Positions 1-9,757 are shown, counted from the first letter of the stretch. The stretch is DNA of 64,000 bases from an uncultured bacterium (GCA_963736115.1 CAVTNR010000012.1:224001-288000); one strand, 5' to 3'. Notes: generated from the letters alone by a model not told the origin. A program made the numbers and translations.

Positions 1-25
1 CGGAATCTCGATATATTTCGCTCTT

Positions 26-57
26 AACTATGAACAATAAACCATGAACTATGAACT
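26..57. repeat. Degenerate heptamer tandem repeat (AACYATG)n
   Basis: AACTATG AACAATA AACCATG AACTATG AACT just downstream of purE; the same unit occurs inverted at 9387-9417. Confidence 0.7.
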
Positions 58-62
58 GTTTT

Positions 63-518
63 TTATAGCTTCGCTCCTGCTTTTCGAAATTCGGATAGTT
101 TCTTTTTCAGCTCCGGGTACTTGAGGGCGAGGATCTCCGCCGCGAGCACGGCCGCGTTCTTCGCGCCGGCCTTGCCCACGGCCACGCAGGCCACGGGTAT
201 GCCGGGCGGCATCTGGACGATGGAATAGAGCGCGTCGACCCCGCCCAGCGCGGAGCCCTCGAGCGGCACGCCGATCACTGGCAGTGTCGTGTGCGAGGCG
301 ATCACGCCCGGAAGGGCGGCGGCCATTCCGGCGCCCGCGATGATCAGGTCGAACCCGGCCGCTTCGGCGCCTCGGGCGAAGGCGGCAACGGCCTCCGGAT
401 CCCGGTGGGCGGACATTACCGCCGTTTCGAAAGGAACGGCGAACGACGCCAGGCCGTCCGTGCAGGCCTTCATCACGGCTTCGTCGGACGCACTGCCCAT
501 CAGCACGGCGACTTTCAT
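63..518 (-). CDS. purE: 5-(carboxyamino)imidazole ribonucleotide mutase
   Basis: C-terminal part of the 63..1313 ORF: MKVAVLMGSASD, SAHR, AGAGMAAALPG, PVIGVP, DALYSIVQMPPGIPVA; ATG overlaps the upstream stop. Confidence 0.95.
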   Translation of the reverse strand: MKVAVLMGSASDEAVMKACTDGLASFAVPFETAVMSAHRDPEAVAAFARGAEAAGFDLIIAGAGMAAALPGVIASHTTLPVIGVPLEGSALGGVDALYSIVQMPPGIPVACVAVGKAGAKNAAVLAAEILALKYPELKKKLSEFRKAGAKL

Positions 519-1492
519 CGGATCGTCTCCTGGTTTGGGCCGACGCGGGGCGATCCCCGCTTCAGCATGAACGAAACACCGCCCGGCAGGCTCGTGCCGA
601 TGGCGACCAGATAGGCCATAAATTCCACGGCCACGGCCTGAACGGCGGTCACGCCCACGAGCCCCAGCAGAACCACGCCGGACTGCTCGCGCAGTCCGAT
701 TCCCCCGATGGTCAGGGGCAGGGTCGCCAGAATGGCGATGATCGGTATGAAGAGAAAGTAAAAGACCGGCGGCACCGTCACCCCGAGCGAACGGCCGACT
801 CCGTAATGCGTCAGGATGCGGGCGGACTGGACCAGAACTGAAACCGCGGCGACGGACAGCAGGAGCCGGCGGTTCCGGCCGAACGCGTGGATTTTGCGGT
901 AGACCTCCCGCATTTTCACCTGCAGTTTCGCGGGCAGGAAGGGCCGGATCAGCCGCGTAAGCGGTTTGGCGAACCTCTTGTTGAAGAAGAAGAAACAGAG
1001 GAAGCACCACCCCAGCAGCATGGCCGCGAAGGGCAGCCAGAACGCGCGGCCGAACGGATGACGGAGGCAGGCGAACGGAATCGCCGCCACTGAGAGTCCC
1101 GACATGACCAGAAACCCCACCATGCGGTCCAGCACCACGGCGGACACCGCGGACGTGCCCTTGCGCGGCTGCCGGCCCATGTCGAGCATGCGGTACACGT
1201 CCCCGCCCGCTCCGCCGATCAGAAAATTGTTGAAAAAAAGCCCGGTGAAATAGCAGTCCAGAACTCTGCGGCCCGGTGGATGGATGTCCTCGGCTTTCAG
1301 CAGCATCCGCCACTGCACGGCCCCCAGCAGATGGCTGACCAGAAACAGCAGGAACGAGCCGGCGAGCCAGAGCAGGTTCGCTTTGCTGATCAGTCCCGTG
1401 ATCCGGTCAAGACCGATGCGGCTGAGCAGCCACCAGACGAGGCCCGCGCTCCCCGCGATTTTCAGGAACCGGATGCTCAGGCGCCGGATCAT
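515..1492 (-). CDS. Lysylphosphatidylglycerol synthase TM-domain (flippase-like, UPF0104/YbhN) membrane protein
   Basis: Multi-TM protein with QWRMLL, FFNNFLIGGAGGDVYR, DRMVG, LPLTIGGIGLRE motifs; start MIRRLS overlaps the GT2 stop. Confidence 0.85.
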   Translation of the reverse strand: MIRRLSIRFLKIAGSAGLVWWLLSRIGLDRITGLISKANLLWLAGSFLLFLVSHLLGAVQWRMLLKAEDIHPPGRRVLDCYFTGLFFNNFLIGGAGGDVYRMLDMGRQPRKGTSAVSAVVLDRMVGFLVMSGLSVAAIPFACLRHPFGRAFWLPFAAMLLGWCFLCFFFFNKRFAKPLTRLIRPFLPAKLQVKMREVYRKIHAFGRNRRLLLSVAAVSVLVQSARILTHYGVGRSLGVTVPPVFYFLFIPIIAILATLPLTIGGIGLREQSGVVLLGLVGVTAVQAVAVEFMAYLVAIGTSLPGGVSFMLKRGSPRVGPNQETIR

Positions 1493-2520
1493 CAGGCCCT
1501 CCGCCGCAGGTCGCAGGCGCGCCTTGCGCCGCGGACGTAATAATCCCACACAATGCTGCCCCGGTACAGTGCCCGGGGCATGCCTGCGCCCGGAGCCCTG
1601 GCCTGCGTATCGCGGCGCGCCCGTACGACGGACGGCAGCCGGCCGATCACGGCCGCGGCCGCCGCGGGAACGGCCCAAAACCGTTTCGGCTGGCCGATGA
1701 CGAGGCTTCCGCAGGCCGCGGCCGATTCAAGGAACAGGCGGACCGGCAGGATCCAGGCCAGATGCGCGGCCGGCAGGTTTTTAATCAGCATCATCAGACT
1801 GTTGCGGTGGTTCAGAATCATTTTGCGCATCCGCTCGCTCCCGAGCGTCCCGCCGGACTGATGCCGGACGATGGCGGACGGAACGACGGCGATGCCGTAT
1901 CCCGCCGCCTGCAGTCGCCAGGCGAGATCGATTTCCTCCATGTGCGCGAAAAAGGATTCATCCAGCAGACCGGCGCGGTCCAGCGCCGACATCCGGAGCA
2001 GACAGGCCGCTCCCGTGGCCCAGAACACCGGCCCCCCGGAATCGTACTGGCCCCGGTCCTCCTCCACAGTGTCGAAAATCCGACCGCGGCAGAACGGAAA
2101 ACCGAACCAATCCATTTCCCCGCCCGCGGCGCCGCTGTAGTCGAACCGGCCCGGCCGGTCCAGGGACATCATTTTCGGCGCCGCCGCGGCCAGGTCCGCA
2201 TCCGCGTCCAAAGCCGCGACCAGTCTCCGGAGCCAGTCCGGTTCCGCTTCCGCGTCGTTGTTCAGCAGGGCGGCGTAGGGCGTGTCCGCGTGCCGGAGTC
2301 CGAGATTGCACCCGCCCGCGAAACCGAGATTCTTCGGGCTCTGAACCAGGCCGGCTTCCGGAAATTCGCGCCGCACCATGGCCGCGCTTCCGTCCCCGGA
2401 CCCGTTGTCCACGACGAGCGCCCGGAAACGCACCCCCCGGGTCCGCCGGAGCGACAGAAGGCAACGGCGAAGGATGCCTTCGCCGTTCCAATGGGGAATG
2501 ATAACCGTGACGCGGTTCAC
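1492..2520 (-). CDS. Glycosyltransferase family 2
   Basis: VIIPHWNG, VVDNGSGDGS, NLGFAGGCN, LLNNDAE, FWATGAACL, FFAHMEEIDLAWR. Confidence 0.93.
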   Translation of the reverse strand: MNRVTVIIPHWNGEGILRRCLLSLRRTRGVRFRALVVDNGSGDGSAAMVRREFPEAGLVQSPKNLGFAGGCNLGLRHADTPYAALLNNDAEAEPDWLRRLVAALDADADLAAAAPKMMSLDRPGRFDYSGAAGGEMDWFGFPFCRGRIFDTVEEDRGQYDSGGPVFWATGAACLLRMSALDRAGLLDESFFAHMEEIDLAWRLQAAGYGIAVVPSAIVRHQSGGTLGSERMRKMILNHRNSLMMLIKNLPAAHLAWILPVRLFLESAAACGSLVIGQPKRFWAVPAAAAAVIGRLPSVVRARRDTQARAPGAGMPRALYRGSIVWDYYVRGARRACDLRRRA

Positions 2521-2560
2521 TGAACGCCTCCCGGAAACTGGCCGGTTTGACCGGGCGCGC

Positions 2561-5260
2561 CTATCGGGCCTTTTCCGCCCCCCCGACGGGGGCCATGGAT
2601 GCCTTGATGCGATTCAGCTCGCCCGAGGCGGAGGTGTCTCCGGGATGGAACGTCAGATACTCTTCAAGCATCGAAACCGCTTTATCGTGCTGTCCGGACA
2701 GGCTGAACAGCCGGAGCATCTCGGAATAAGCCTGGAAATCGTTGCGGTCGGCCTGGATCAGGCGCCGGAGTATGCCCTCCGCCGCGTCCCAGTCCTGCAG
2801 GTTGAACATGAAGTAATTCGCCGTCATGAACAGATCCTGGCGGTTGAGCGGCTGGCCCGGAATCACGCGCCTGAGCTGTTCGTTCAGGTCGAGCTTGACG
2901 CCCGCGTCGCTCGAGAGCTTGTGGATGTACAGGGCCGCGCGCTCGTCGCTGTACGGAATCACGTTCTCGGGCATGATTTTCGACATCTGATCGAGAGTTC
3001 TCGCGGCGTCGGCCTTTCGCCCCCGGTCCAGGTACCACTGGGTGAGCTGGAGAAAGGCGGAGCGGTAGTTCTGCAGGAGCTTCAGGATGTTGATGTCGTT
3101 GGTCACGCCCGGGTTGTTCAGGTTGCGGTACTTGTATTTTTTCAGGATGTTCTCCTCCAGCACCCGTCCGTCCACGTCGCGCACCGGGTACGGAAGCACC
3201 TTGAAGGCGAGCCCGTCCATGCGGAAATACGGGGCCAGGCCGATGAAATTGTCCTGCGATACGGTGACCGCGAAGTACACGGGCTTTTGCCACTGGTTCG
3301 CGTGCAGGATCTGCAGGATCATCAGATCCTGCACCCGTATGCCCTGGGTGCCCGAGGCGTTGAACGTCGGCTTGACCGGAAACACGAGCTTGTCCCCGAT
3401 CTTCACCGTGCTGGTGTCCCCGAGTTCCGCCCTTGCCTTTTTAACGGCCTCAGGAGGAATCGGAATCTCGACCTGCTGGGTCTGCCAGATCATTGGCTGT
3501 AGGCTTTCGATGGCACGGTCGCTCAGGTTGATCGGCACCTTCGGATGCTCATCGCGCAGCTGGCGGATGTACCAGGACGTGTTCAGCAGGGACAGGTTGA
3601 CGATGCGGACGTCCTTGCGGATGCCCTCCACCTCCTGCAGGTACCACAGCGGGAACGTGTCGTTGTCTCCGTTGGTGAAGATGACCGCATCGGGCTCGCA
3701 GGTCTGCAGGATGTTGTACGAGTAATCCCAGGCCACGTAATTGCCGGCCCGGCTGTGGTCGCGGTAGTTGAAGGCGAACAGGTTCAAGGGCACGGCGATC
3801 GTCAGCAGGAGGCCGGCCGCCGCGAACGCGGCGGTCTTCATCCGCGGCCTGCGCTTCAGGGCGTCCGAAATCCACTCGAGGACCGCGGCCATGCCGATGC
3901 CGACCCAGAGGGCGAAGGCGAAGAAGGATCCGACATAGGAATAGTCGCGCTCGCGCGGCTGGGGATCGGGCTGGTTCACGTACAGCACGATGGCGTAGCC
4001 CGTGACGAAGAAGAGCACCAGTACCGCGAGGGCGCGCTTCCAGTCCTTGATGAAGTGGTAGACGGCGCCCCAGAGACCCACGAGGAACGGGATGCCGTAA
4101 AGGCCGCGGAAGGTGATGATCTCGGTGATCCGGTCCTGCGAATCGAGGGTGACGCCCTTGCCGATGAAGTTCCAGGCGAAATAACGGTTGTACATGAGCT
4201 GGATCTGGTAGCTCCAGAAATCGGCCTTGCGGTGGAGAAAGGTGAGGATCATGTCCTCGTTGCCGTACTGCTTGCGGGCGAGATAGTCCTTCATCCCCAC
4301 CCAGGTCGACGGGTCGTTTTCATTGATGGGCGGATTCATTCCGGACCGGATGTAAATGACCAGATACAGGGAATAGCTCAACAGGCCGATGACCGGCAAC
4401 ACCCACCAGGCCGCGAAAACATGACGGTCCTTGAAATACATGTACACCAGGGTCGCAATCAGCCAGAATCCGCCGAAGTATTTCAGGAAAGTGACCGCGT
4501 CCGCCTGGCGCTTCATCATCTCCTCGTACCCGATTGTGGCGGGGTTGTACTGAAACAGGAGGAAATAGAGCAGGGCCGGGACCGCGATCTGCGCGGCCAC
4601 GAGGTTCAGCAGGCGCCGGACCGTGACGTTCTCGTGAAACCAGACGATCAGAAAAACGAAGGGAAGGGTCAGGAGATTCTCGAGATGGACGCCGTTGGCC
4701 AGCCCGAACAGGTAGAAAATCAGGAAAATCAGCACGAGACTGCTGGCTTTGGCGGACTGCTCCTCCCACTTGAGCGCCAGGTAGATCACCGACGAGGTGA
4801 ACAGCATGGACAGGGCGTAAACCTCGGCCTCGACGGCATTGAACCAGAAGCTGTCGGTGAAGGCGAAAGCGAGCGCGCCGAAGGCGGCGCTGCCGAAAAC
4901 GACCAGCCGGTCCTCCCAGGTGCGCGGCTCCCCGCGCCAGCGCTCAATGAGCTTGGCAATGATGAGAAAAGTGAACAGGATGGTCAGGCTGGAGGTCACC
5001 ACCGACATCATGTTCATGCGCAGGCCCACGTCCTTGAACAGGGGAATCATGGTCGTGATCCGGCCGAGCAGAAGCACCAGGGGGTTGCCGGGCGGATGCA
5101 TGACACCGAGAATGTGTGAAGAGGCGATGAACTCGCCGCAGTCCCAGAAAGAAGTCGTCGGCTGGACTGTTATGAAATAGACGATGAAGGAGACCAGGGA
5201 AACGAAAACGCCGAGGACCCACTGGAGCCTCCGGTTCAGCGCCTGGATGGTTAAATCCAT
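2561..5260 (-). CDS. DUF2723 (TMEM260-like, GT-C fold) membrane glycosyltransferase with C-terminal TPRs
   Basis: PTTSFWDCGEFIA, HPPG, FWFNAVEAEVYA, QPRERDYSY, FTNGDNDTFPLWYLQEVEGIRKDVRIVNLSLLNT. Confidence 0.9.
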   Translation of the reverse strand: MDLTIQALNRRLQWVLGVFVSLVSFIVYFITVQPTTSFWDCGEFIASSHILGVMHPPGNPLVLLLGRITTMIPLFKDVGLRMNMMSVVTSSLTILFTFLIIAKLIERWRGEPRTWEDRLVVFGSAAFGALAFAFTDSFWFNAVEAEVYALSMLFTSSVIYLALKWEEQSAKASSLVLIFLIFYLFGLANGVHLENLLTLPFVFLIVWFHENVTVRRLLNLVAAQIAVPALLYFLLFQYNPATIGYEEMMKRQADAVTFLKYFGGFWLIATLVYMYFKDRHVFAAWWVLPVIGLLSYSLYLVIYIRSGMNPPINENDPSTWVGMKDYLARKQYGNEDMILTFLHRKADFWSYQIQLMYNRYFAWNFIGKGVTLDSQDRITEIITFRGLYGIPFLVGLWGAVYHFIKDWKRALAVLVLFFVTGYAIVLYVNQPDPQPRERDYSYVGSFFAFALWVGIGMAAVLEWISDALKRRPRMKTAAFAAAGLLLTIAVPLNLFAFNYRDHSRAGNYVAWDYSYNILQTCEPDAVIFTNGDNDTFPLWYLQEVEGIRKDVRIVNLSLLNTSWYIRQLRDEHPKVPINLSDRAIESLQPMIWQTQQVEIPIPPEAVKKARAELGDTSTVKIGDKLVFPVKPTFNASGTQGIRVQDLMILQILHANQWQKPVYFAVTVSQDNFIGLAPYFRMDGLAFKVLPYPVRDVDGRVLEENILKKYKYRNLNNPGVTNDINILKLLQNYRSAFLQLTQWYLDRGRKADAARTLDQMSKIMPENVIPYSDERAALYIHKLSSDAGVKLDLNEQLRRVIPGQPLNRQDLFMTANYFMFNLQDWDAAEGILRRLIQADRNDFQAYSEMLRLFSLSGQHDKAVSMLEEYLTFHPGDTSASGELNRIKASMAPVGGAEKAR

Positions 5261-5320
5261 TCAAATCCTCCGGTTAAAGGGAAAAGCAATCAACTAAGAT
5301 AGTCGTTTTTTACAATGAAA

Positions 5321-5680
5321 TCAAGGATTTTCCCCCTTCGCGGGACTCGTTTTCGCTTCTGTTTTCGCTTCGGACTTCGTTTCTCCGGCCGGTGCCCCGG
5401 CCTTGGCGGACTCGTCCTTTTTCAGCTCATCGACGAAATTGAGCTGGAGTTCGCTGATCACGTGGCCGAGAAACTTCGTCTCATCCTCCGACAGGTTCCC
5501 CGCGGTCTTGGCGCGCAGCATTTCGAGCATGTCGATGGAATACCGCGCCTGCTCCAGGTTCCGTTCGATTTTGTCCATGACGGGATTCTTGATCTTCCCC
5601 ATCTGCTGCCAGGCCGCCGCCTGAAAGGTGATGGCAAGCTGCATGAACAGTGCTGTTTCCTTCGCGTTGCTTTCGGCCAT
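5321..5680 (-). CDS. DUF1844 domain protein
   Basis: QQMGKIKNP...NLEQARYSIDMLEMLRAKTAGNLSEDE; AAGGAGG RBS before the ATG at 5680. Confidence 0.85.
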   Translation of the reverse strand: MAESNAKETALFMQLAITFQAAAWQQMGKIKNPVMDKIERNLEQARYSIDMLEMLRAKTAGNLSEDETKFLGHVISELQLNFVDELKKDESAKAGAPAGETKSEAKTEAKTSPAKGENP

Positions 5681-5821
5681 GTTCCCCTCCTTGCTGGGTG
5701 CCCTGCCGCCATTTCGATTGAAGACTCCCACGGACGGTCACTGCCGAACACGGGCGTCCTGAAAAACGATTCCCCCTTCCGTGTTCCTCCGTGCCTTTCC
5801 GTAGTGATCATTCCGTTTCGA

Positions 5822-7948
5822 TCACCCCACTTCGATCAATCCCAGATTTTTCCCGTATGCTTTTAAAACCATTTCGCGTATCGGCCGGTTCCGGATTTCG
5901 GACAGCCGGGGATCGGTTTCAACAACGGCCTGGGCCTCGTCCCGGGCGGACTCGAGGACGGCCTGATCCGTGACCAGGTCGGCGATTTTCAGGTTCAGCA
6001 TGCCGCTCTGCCGTGTGCCGAACAGTTCGCCCGGACCGCGCAGTTCGAGGTCGACCTCGGCGATCCGGAACCCGTCGTTCGTGGACACCATGGTCTTGAG
6101 ACGCTGAAGCGCCTCGTCCCCGAAGCCCGACTGGGCCAGCAGGACGCAGGTCGACCGGTTCCCTCCCCGGCCCACCCGTCCGCGCAGCTGGTGCAGCTGG
6201 GTGAGGCCGAACCGCTCCGCGTGCTCCACGAGCATCACCGTGGCATTGGGCACATCGACGCCCACCTCGATCACCGTGGTGGACACCAGCACGCGGATGT
6301 CCCCGGCCTTGAAAGCGGCCATGACCGACTCCTTCTCGTCCGCTTTCATGCGGCCGTGAAGAAGCGCGGTGCGGAATTCCGGGAACACCGTCCGGGACAG
6401 GGCATCGTGTCCCTCCGTGGCCGCGGCCAGGTCGACCTTCTCGGACTCCTCCACCAGCGGGTAGACGATGTAGACCTGCCGGCCGGACACCAGCTCGCTC
6501 CGGATGAATTCGTATATCGCCTGGCGTTTTTCCTCGCCCCGCCACACCGTCCGGACCGGCATCCGGCCCTTCGGCATGTCTTTCATCACGCTCACGTCCA
6601 GGTCGCCGTACAACGTGAGCGCCAGGGTGCGGGGAATCGGCGTCGCGGTCATGACCAGCACGTCCGGATGCGTACCCTTTCTACGGAGCACGGCGCGCTG
6701 GAGCACGCCGAAACGATGCTGTTCGTCGATGACCACAACCCCCAGTCTGTGAAAATCGACGCCCTCCTGCACGAGCGCGTGCGTGCCAACCGCGATGGAG
6801 ACGCTTCCGGACTTCAGACCTTCCAGGACCTCCCGCCTAGCGATCGAGCGCTGGCCGCCTTTCAGCAGGGCCACGGCGACACCCAGGGCCTCCATCCATC
6901 GGCGGATGTTGATGAAGTGCTGCTCCGCGAGGATTTCGGTCGGCGCCATGAGCGCGGCCTGACAGCCGTTCTCCACGGCGACGAGCAGAGCGACGGCCGC
7001 CACCACGGTTTTTCCGGACCCCACATCGCCCTGCAGAAGGCGGTTCATCGGATGGGGCGACCGCATGTCGGCCCGTATCTCCTCCAGCGCTCGCTTCTGT
7101 CCGCCGGTAAGCTCGAAGGGCAGGCTCTCCAGGAAACGCCGGACCAGGTCCCCGTCCCGGTCGAACGCGATGCCCTTCTTCTCGAGTTCGCGTCCCTTCC
7201 GCTGGAGCTGGAGAAACAGTTGGAGCGCGAAAAGCTCGTCGAACTTGAGCCGGTTTTTCGCGCGCTCCAGAGACTTCCAGTCGCGGGGATAATGGATGTT
7301 CTCGACAGCCTCGGCGACCGGAATCAGATCGAGTTTCAGCCGCATCGCCTCGGGCAGGGGCTCGCGGATCTGGCTTTTCAGCCCGTCGAGCAGGGGATGC
7401 AGGATGCGCCTGAACCCCCGGCTGTCCAGACCGGCGCGGCCGAGCGCGTCGGAGGACGGATACAGGGGCACGATGGCCCCGGTGTGAATGGGATTGAGCT
7501 CGCCTTCGTCGGAGATACGGTCGAATTCCGGGTGCACGAGCTGGAGGCCCCGGTACAGCGTCACCTTGCCGCTGAACGCCACGGTCTGACCCGCCTCGAA
7601 CGCCTTGGCGAGGTACGCGCCGGCCTTGAACCACACGCATTCGAGAAAACCGGTGTTGTCCCCGACCAGGAGCGTGAAACGCGCGGTGCGGCCCTGTTTC
7701 ACGCCGCCCGAGAACACCTTAGCCACCACGGTCGCCGTGTCGCCCGGCCTCAGGTCCTTGATCAAGCTCACGTTGCTCCGGTCGAGGTACCGGCGGGGAT
7801 AATGCGACAGCAGATCCTCGACCGTCCGGATATTGAAGGGATCCGCCGCGAGCACCTCGGCGCGCTTCGGCCCGATGCCCTTCACGTACTGCACGGGACT
7901 GTCGAGCGACAGGCGCTGAGCGGAAACGGGAACAGGAGCCGGCGTCAT
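5822..7948 (-). CDS. recG: ATP-dependent DNA helicase RecG
   Basis: VKGIGPKRA, RLLQGDVGSGKT, MAPTEILAEQH, DEQHRFGV, TATPIPRTL, QLHQLRGRVGRG, DLELRGPGE; alternative start at 8017. Confidence 0.96.
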   Translation of the reverse strand: MTPAPVPVSAQRLSLDSPVQYVKGIGPKRAEVLAADPFNIRTVEDLLSHYPRRYLDRSNVSLIKDLRPGDTATVVAKVFSGGVKQGRTARFTLLVGDNTGFLECVWFKAGAYLAKAFEAGQTVAFSGKVTLYRGLQLVHPEFDRISDEGELNPIHTGAIVPLYPSSDALGRAGLDSRGFRRILHPLLDGLKSQIREPLPEAMRLKLDLIPVAEAVENIHYPRDWKSLERAKNRLKFDELFALQLFLQLQRKGRELEKKGIAFDRDGDLVRRFLESLPFELTGGQKRALEEIRADMRSPHPMNRLLQGDVGSGKTVVAAVALLVAVENGCQAALMAPTEILAEQHFINIRRWMEALGVAVALLKGGQRSIARREVLEGLKSGSVSIAVGTHALVQEGVDFHRLGVVVIDEQHRFGVLQRAVLRRKGTHPDVLVMTATPIPRTLALTLYGDLDVSVMKDMPKGRMPVRTVWRGEEKRQAIYEFIRSELVSGRQVYIVYPLVEESEKVDLAAATEGHDALSRTVFPEFRTALLHGRMKADEKESVMAAFKAGDIRVLVSTTVIEVGVDVPNATVMLVEHAERFGLTQLHQLRGRVGRGGNRSTCVLLAQSGFGDEALQRLKTMVSTNDGFRIAEVDLELRGPGELFGTRQSGMLNLKIADLVTDQAVLESARDEAQAVVETDPRLSEIRNRPIREMVLKAYGKNLGLIEVG

Positions 7949-8010
7949 GCGGCGGCCGTCTTCCGGGCGTGCCGGAGACCCCGGGGTCTCCGGAATGTCC
8001 GGAAAACCCT

Positions 8011-9366
8011 TTACCACTTCATATTCACGGTGAATGTCAGGACGCTTTCGCCGTCCGCCGGAACCGGCACCTTGAATTCCGCCGTGGTCGCGTTTTTCTT
8101 CAAGTAAGGATGGGACGAGGGATCGATCTTCCAGTCTCCCCAGAACCGTTCGAGTACCGTGACCTGCACAGCCTCCTTCTTGTGGTTGCGCAGTTTGACC
8201 TCGATGACATCCTGCCTGGACCGGTTTCCGGTTTTCCGGCTGTCCTTGACCGTGCGCTCGGGCGCCACGTCGAATGCGTTTCCGAGGAGGAGGCGGACCT
8301 TTTCATCCGCGGGCGTATGATCGATCTCATCCTCTCCGATGAATTCCAGCGAGCCGTCCGTGTCCTTCTTGTACACGCGCACCTTGCCCTTGGGCAGGGG
8401 CAGGCCGAGCCCGTCGGTCTTTCCATTCTTGAATTCCATGCGTACGGCGATCTTATCCGCTTCCTGGCCCGGCTCGTAGACGTACAGTTTCTCCGTTTTT
8501 ACGGTCGCCTGGGGAAATAGCGCAATCTGTTTGACCTGGTTGTTCTGCAGGGTCGACGGCCGTGTGAGGGTGTACAGGTGGTATTCGAAAAAAGATTTCT
8601 CCTCGAACTGCGGGGCGGGGGCCTCCTCCGCCATGGCCACAACGCCGGCCTGGCGACGGATCAGGTCTTTGGTGCGGACGACGTTCACGTCGCCGGCCAC
8701 TAGCTTGAGCTTCGCGTTCGGGTAGGTGATTCCGGACTGGTTCTCGACGGAAACCCAGCCCGAGAGATCCAGAGCCTTGTCGTCCGCGGCGGTCACTGCG
8801 ACGTATTCCGCGTGCCAGTTCATGCCGTCGGTCATGTAACTCACTTCGACGTCCTGCTTTTCGGCCCCCCGGTTGTCCAGCATCCAGACGAGGGTCGGAC
8901 GCGTGATCAGCCCCTCCGGCAGTTTGGGGAACTCGAAATTCTGCACCGCGCCGCGCTGGATGATCTTCACCCCGCCCGTGGCCGCATCCTCGATGACGAT
9001 GTCGCCGGACGCATTGAGCAGGCGGCCGGAGTACACCTGCCCCTTGTCCATGAGCACTCGGATTTCCTGGTCCACGTACTTGTCGAGAATCGTCTGCGGG
9101 CTCGCGAGGTCGTACTCGAAATTCTGCTCGAGCACGCGGACCCGGTCGGGGTCGGCAACGGCCTTGAAACTGACGCTGGTCGGGTCGATCCGCGCGGCCA
9201 CGTCACGGAAGGAAACCAGGGACTGGCCGGTCTTGATGGTCATGCTCCGGACCTCCCGCACCACGGCCCGGTTCTGGTTGTACACCGTGACGGATACGGT
9301 CTGGCCGGACAGGGACGTCACCGCGCCGAGAACGGCGCAGGTGGACAAAATGGCGATCAGGTGCAT
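8011..9366 (-). CDS. DUF4139 (DUF4140) domain secreted protein
   Basis: Signal peptide, VTVYNQNRAVVRE, VLEQNFEYDL, YHLYTL, FIGEDEIDHTP, LGNAFDV; AAGGAG RBS. Confidence 0.85.
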   Translation of the reverse strand: MHLIAILSTCAVLGAVTSLSGQTVSVTVYNQNRAVVREVRSMTIKTGQSLVSFRDVAARIDPTSVSFKAVADPDRVRVLEQNFEYDLASPQTILDKYVDQEIRVLMDKGQVYSGRLLNASGDIVIEDAATGGVKIIQRGAVQNFEFPKLPEGLITRPTLVWMLDNRGAEKQDVEVSYMTDGMNWHAEYVAVTAADDKALDLSGWVSVENQSGITYPNAKLKLVAGDVNVVRTKDLIRRQAGVVAMAEEAPAPQFEEKSFFEYHLYTLTRPSTLQNNQVKQIALFPQATVKTEKLYVYEPGQEADKIAVRMEFKNGKTDGLGLPLPKGKVRVYKKDTDGSLEFIGEDEIDHTPADEKVRLLLGNAFDVAPERTVKDSRKTGNRSRQDVIEVKLRNHKKEAVQVTVLERFWGDWKIDPSSHPYLKKNATTAEFKVPVPADGESVLTFTVNMKW

Positions 9367-9386
9367 GGATGGCTCCTTGAAAAAAG

Positions 9387-9757
9387 GTTCATAGTTCATA
9401 GTTCATGGTTCATAGTTAAAAAAAATGTTCCGGGTTCCGGGTTCCGAGTTGTAGGTCCGATATGCCGAGTTTCTTTTCAGCGTGGCTATCGGACATTTCG
9501 AAGAAATCGTCCGAAATGGTCCGCGAAAACATGCGAACCTTCAATATTAAAAATTTTCCAATAACTTGGTCCCGCAATACGGGACCATTTCGGACCGACG
9601 GATTTTCCGGATCCGGCCTTATAGGCTCTTCTCCGCTCCTGGATCCCCGTCCGCTGACGCGGATGATAAAGACACGTGCGCGGGGATGACACAACTCCAC
9701 ATATTTGGAAAACCATTCGAAGGGCCCACTAATAGCTACAGGCCATTTCGGACCTAT
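9387..9757. repeat. Cluster of heptamer repeats and nested REP-like palindromes
   Basis: (GTTCATA)n 9387-9417; (GTTCCGG)n 9427-9450; GTAGGTCCGA...TCGGAC 9451-9494; 14-bp IR 9509-9522/9582-9595; TGGATCCCCG...CGGGGATGACA 9640-9691. Confidence 0.8.

Noticed and set aside
519-1313. Apparent long N-terminal extension or fusion on purE
   Set aside because: It is an alternative frame of the upstream membrane-protein gene; PurE begins at MKVAV (518).
9387-9757. Repeat cluster considered as a CRISPR array
   Set aside because: No constant direct repeat with regular unique spacers, and no cas genes in the window.
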